DNA of 64,000 nucleotides from the human T2T-CHM13v2.0 reference genome, Homo sapiens. The position numbers and the translations under genes are program-made. The notes beneath the pieces are model-generated. The model worked only from the letters and a program-made list of their open reading frames with translations. It made no database searches and was not told where the DNA came from. Location: assembly GCF_009914755.1 (NCBI RefSeq), contig NC_060932.1, one strand, 5' to 3'. Each line of letters begins with the position of its first letter. Positions within the stretch are counted from its first letter, which is position 1. This document shows positions 57,655 to 64,000 of the stretch, in pieces.

Positions 57655-57885
57655 AATAAATAATATCGGTTCCCTAATGCAGCTGGACATGTGGCATGTA
57701 GTGCATGAAGGTTACTCTGAGTGCTGGCTCATGGGAACCCCATTCTTTGAAATATCTGACATCACCATGGTCAGGTTTCAGATGCAGACACTGAAGCTCA
57801 CCTAGGTTAACAACCCCCGGCAAGCCATGGACTTGCCATGTGAGATCAGAGCCTGACCCAATGTGCCGACTCCAAAGCCGGGCAG
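57655..57885 (-). mobile_element. MIR SINE
   Basis: tttcagatgcagacactgaagctca..aggttaa...gactccaaagcc. Confidence 0.6.
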
Positions 57886-58234
57886 GAAGACACATCATCA
57901 GAAAGACTTCTCTGGTCTGGAAATGGTAGCTGAGCTTCATGGAATCAGGGGCTGCATGTGATTCTTCTCAAAGCCTCGGAGGCTCCTGCAGCACAAACTC
58001 TGGGGTGCACCAGGTAGAAACCCACAGAAGATGCACCAAAGCCCTGAGTAGAGGTTAGGTCTTAAAACCACGGGTTCCATGATTGTTTCCCATAGTCTGT
58101 TCTATGACCTTTACGGTAAAGAAATATACAAGCAGGAGGAAGACTTTTCTCTTGAAAAACATAACACAGATGGCATCTTTGATGCGCGTGACATGCTCTG
58201 GGTGAAGCTCAACTTAGAGTCAATAACAGCTCCT

Positions 58235-59333
<1,099 letters not shown>

Positions 59334-62300
59334 CGTAATTTTCATATTCCTAAAAAAAGTAAAGATAAGCTTTCACATATTCACTGAGAATTTTTAAAAC
59401 ATCACTCCAGTTTGCATTTCTAAAAAGATACACTTTGGTATAATAAAACCAATATATCTTAGGTGGTAACTGCCATAGCTCTGAGCAATATTTGAACGGT
59501 ATTTCTACATAAGGGCCAATAAAAGGAAATCTTCCAATATATTTGAAGGATTACTCTATCTGGAATCTTGACTGTAAATACTCAGGGAACTACCATTTCA
59601 ATACTAACCAAAAATACTTAATTCTAAGTACAGATCAAAATCCGAACCAGATTTATGCTAAAAGGGAAATAAACAACTGGTCCTTCTGTCTGTAGAATCA
59701 TCCTAGCTCAACACCTACAGAATGGAGGATGCTAAGTGCTACACTGAAGGAATAAACAATGCTGAGTGATGCTGAGCTCCAACAGAAACATTTTCCAAAT
59801 AACCTCAACTCCAAGCATCCAGCCAGGCCTTGCTGGATGTGTCGTAGTTGCTTCAGGGAAGGTCACTTGAGAATTTCCTATTAAAATACCACTTTAATTG
59901 GTTCATTCTCTTTATAAATTAAATGCATAATGATTATTTGTAAGCTGACCCAGGTCCACTCTAATGTTCAGTAATCTACCTCTTGGTGTTTTGTTAAATT
60001 GTGAACAACAGGAAATTCTGTGATGTGGTACACAAAGTTCAGCACTGTCACAGAGAAGTCAGAGAGACTGATGGATGCCTTTAAAATATCCTCAACGCTG
60101 CACGTAAAAGGCACGTGTTGCTGTGGGTGAAGAAGTTAATGTAAGTAAAATGAACTCGTTTGTTTTTTAAGGGAGTGTATTTTCCACATTGTGTATTTTA
60201 AGGAATAAACTGTGATATCTTGAGGATAGACAAAATCCAGGTATGTCCTGAGGCATCTGTCTTGTAGTCACAGGATCGGCCCCAGGAAAACAGGGCCATT
60301 TTTCCATCATGCACCTCCCTCCAGCCTGCATTCCCTTTCCCCAGATGTAGAAGTCTCCAAGCTTCCTCAGCTCCCTGTTAGGAAGGACATCTCTAAATTC
60401 TCTAACCCGTGCCATTCTAACTCAGTGTCTGCAGCTGTCTTTTGTGCCTGGCTACCTTTGGAAGTAATGTGGACTCTCTTATCTTTGGATGGCAGGCTTT
60501 TGACAACTTCAGTGCCTTTTACCGGGGCTTAGAACTTCAGCTAACAGAATTTTTCACAACAGAGATATCTTCTACAAGGCAGAATTTCTCTTTCTGTTCT
60601 TCCAAGTGTAATGAATTAACATGACCCTGCTGAAGGATTCATAACTCAGGTACAGGTAAAACAAGCAAACAAACCAAACAACAAGCATTAACTGCAATTC
60701 CAATATTCTTCCAGTTTTCCAAATGGTTAGGGTGCAGATAAGGAGTGTTTAGCATTTGGTTTAGAACCTTAGGGTGTGGAAAGCAGATTCAGAATGCAGA
60801 TTAAAAAGGAATTTCAAAAACCAACCTGCTTTATCTAAAAAGATCATTTAAATGTGTAGTTTGCGCACTTGCAGAGGTGTTGGGAGAAGACAGGGAGGGA
60901 CAGAATAACCTTAACAATATGGATTATAAATATAAAAAAATGTCCTGCTGAGAAACGCCTAATAAATTACAGCAAGAGCAATGTTTTGTTCCCTCTCCTG
61001 TGCTTTAATTACAGTCTGCAACGTCCAAACTTTCAGTAAAAGTCTTCCAGATACAGGACTAGACATTATTTTGGAGAAATGATGCAAGAGAAATTGTGTC
61101 CCATATGCAGACGTAATAAAACGGTTGAGGAGCCTACAGCTAAGTTTACGGGTGGTGCCAGGGTGCAACTTGCATCCTTCACCCAGCAGAAGATATTAGG
61201 ACCCCTGTTCACCAAATACATTAGAAGAGCCAATCTTTGAAAGCAAAGGAATTCAGGCAAAATCCTTTCTGTTACCATAACCTCTTCTTGTAATATCAAG
61301 TATAAATACGGTGAAGTTTACTTGGAAAGCTAAAATATTCAGACTACTTTAGACCATGCATGTGTAAATCATTTGCCTTGTTATAGATCCTAAGATCAAT
61401 GCTTCAAGAGATAAATCACTTATTTACAGTGAGACATTAACTACAATTCAGTTTCTAGATCCTGCTGACCAAGAAAAATACTCTTTAAAGATATAAATAA
61501 ATTCTGAGACATTTGTAATTGCAATAAGATATTGAATCACCCATATCTAGTTTAACAAACACATTATACAGAAGTGAACCAAATGGAAGATTTTGGTAGT
61601 GAAACTTTATCATAGACTTATACCATAACATTAAATTAACATGGGGAATTAAAATGTTATCCTTGTCAGATATGTTTCTCATGGATTGTGACATGTAGTT
61701 TCACTTTGTTATCAAGAATCTGTGGCATCATTATTATTATGTCAACATTATAGGTGAAAAAAATCCAACTGATTTCCTCAAGCTCACACAGATAAATTAA
61801 CAGCGGGTAAATACTAGAGGAAGACTGTAGCTTTTTCCTAGTGCCACATTTCTTCTGCAAATGCTTATTTTATATGAAAAATAATTGTTCAAAGTTTTTT
61901 TATATATATAGCATGAATCAATTATATTTCCATGTACCTTTTCTATTGCAGGCACACATTAAATATTAGAGGGCAGAGAAGTCCATTTGTCTATCAGCAC
62001 AGATAAGTTTTGCCTGCATAAAATCAATGGGAGGTGTAAGCAGTTACAATCCTTCCTGCTTGTGGTTTGCTAGGGGGTCATTTTAATGTAATCAATGTGT
62101 TTAGCTCGATACCTTCATTTGACTATGCTTTAATTTTTTTCCCTTTATTAAGAACTTTCCCAAAGTCCAGATTTATATGGGTAATATACAGGAAATTGTA
62201 TAGAAAAATATCAACGATAATTGTTTGAAATTGGATAATTTATAAAACTGTAGCTAACATAGTTCTTACATCTTTGGAGAAGAAGGAACACCATACACTT

Positions 62301-62475
62301 TCAACATTATTCCCACTTTCTCAAGAGAATGCTCTATGATGGTAATATAGAAATACGATGGTTAAAAATCTACTTCCAGTTATAAATCAGCTTTTTGAAT
62401 TGAATATTTACAGGAATCAGGTAGACACATAAGCAGGAATGCTTATGTACTAATGTTTTTAAAATCCCTTACTTA

Positions 62476-62780
62476 GGCCAGGCACAGTGGCTCACACCTG
62501 TAATCCCAGCAATTTGGCCAAGGCAAGTGGCTTGCTTGAGCCCAGCAGTTTGGGCCAAGGAGTCTGGAAAACACTGCAAAGCCCTGTCTCTACAGAGAGT
62601 ACCAAAAAAAAAAAAAAATTAGCTAGTCATGGTGGTGCACACTTGTGTTCCCAACTCCTTGGGAGGCTTAAGTGGGAAGATCGTTTGAGCCTAGGAGGTC
62701 AAGGCTGCAATGAGTCACGATTGTGCCAGCGCACCGCAACCCAAGCAACAGAGCGAGACCTTGTCTCAAAAAAGAAAAAA
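62476..62780 (+). mobile_element. AluJ
   Basis: J diagnostics; 15-bp TSD aaaatcc(c/t)ttac(t/a)ta at 62461 and 62781. Confidence 0.95.
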
Positions 62781-64000
62781 AAAATCCTTTACATATACAC
62801 ACACACAATAGATATATACGTCCATAGTAATATATACATATAATCAAATATATATGCATGCATTTTTATGGGAATATACACACATACACGTATAGTGAGA
62901 GAGTAGGGAATGTATGTATGTGCATGTGTATTTATGGAGAAATGAGAAATTAACATCAAATTAGACTTAAGATTTTTCTCAAAAACTTTATGAAAGGTGT
63001 ATACTCTATCTTCTTCTCAAAATCTTAGAAATGGTATTTGCCTTCATTTTTCTGCTATGACAAGGTGAACAAATCTCGTAGCAAGTGCATACCATTTATT
63101 ACAATTGTAAAATGACTTGTAACGTCTTATTAACAGTTTTTGAAGGGGGTTTGATTCTTTTTCAGATGTGTAATTAATGTAGCCGTAAAGGAAAATGGCA
63201 ATGTTGTATTGAATACTGAATCTTGACTGTGGTGACCATGCCAGGAATAAGATAAGCAGAGCCCAGTTCCTGCTTTGCCGCTAACTCAGCAACTCACCCA
63301 AGGGGAGCTGGAGAGTATGCCAGAAATGATACATACGGCTATAAAGACAGAGTGTCCAAGTTTGACTCAGTTCATCTCCGGGCTCTTCTCACTTCCGACA
63401 TTGCCCCGTTTTGTGAACTTGACTGTGTCTCTTTCTACATTCTGGAAGCAACAGTGTAATACTCTGCAGTTCTAGGTTCCCTAGCCTCATTCATGCTGTT
63501 GCCTGTGCCCCGCACTTAGCAGATGAGCCAGTGGATAAGGTTCTGCAGCTCTGCTTCCCAGTCTTTCTGACATTTCTGCTCACAATTGTTGAATTACAAA
63601 GCACCAGCTGGTCCCTCGTCAGCAGCGGCCTCCACGCAATCATGGGAAATGCTGCATTCCGTCACAGGGTGCCCTGAGATGTCCCTGCTCTGTTTCCTCT
63701 CTTCACCTTGCAAGGCAGCTGACATCCTTTATTTTCTCATAACGTCACTGCCTGGAATTTCCGCTTCCATCAATCCGGCAGTCCCACAGATATAAGAACC
63801 CATGCAGTGGGCACGGTTTCAGTGTGGTGACCCTGTGCTCTAAAACCCTTTGTCAGGGGAAACACAGTTTTTATGTATTTGTGTCTGAAACAAAAAATGA
63901 CGGAACGTCACATGCAAGTGGTGACCGTAGCTATGTGGCTTTCCTGACTCATAGCAGCACACTAACATCTCAGATTCCATCATCTAACCCAGCCAACGAG

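Overview
This is primate (human or great ape) nuclear DNA that is non-coding and repeat-rich. I found no protein-coding exon, RNA gene or CRISPR array that I can support. The ORF track is explained by chance ORFs and repeat-derived frames (Alu, L1 ORF2 C-terminus, Tigger1 transposase). Recognisable content is about 15 Alu/FLAM copies, several L1 3' ends, L2/MIR relics, DNA transposons (a near full-length Tigger1, MER2, MER33, MER5A), MaLR and ERV1 solo LTRs, and simple repeats. The most notable structures are: (1) a triple-nested ERV1 solo-LTR stack at 34746-36488 with all three 4-bp TSDs readable and CpG-rich promoter-like patches; (2) an apparent excess of C<->G transversions in young repeats which, with the L1 orientation bias, suggests a large intron of a minus-strand gene in a germline C>G-hypermutable region (CSMD1/8p23 is a hypothesis only); (3) a 78-bp x3 CpG-rich minisatellite inside an old L1MC1; (4) a ~284-bp direct duplication spaced 2950 bp apart around a nested-TE stack; (5) a twin-primed, 5'-inverted L1. 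I see no evidence for a new biological system in the sense of a novel gene cluster. Repeat family and subfamily names come from recalled consensus sequences and need RepeatMasker/Dfam confirmation. Boundaries of old repeats are approximate.
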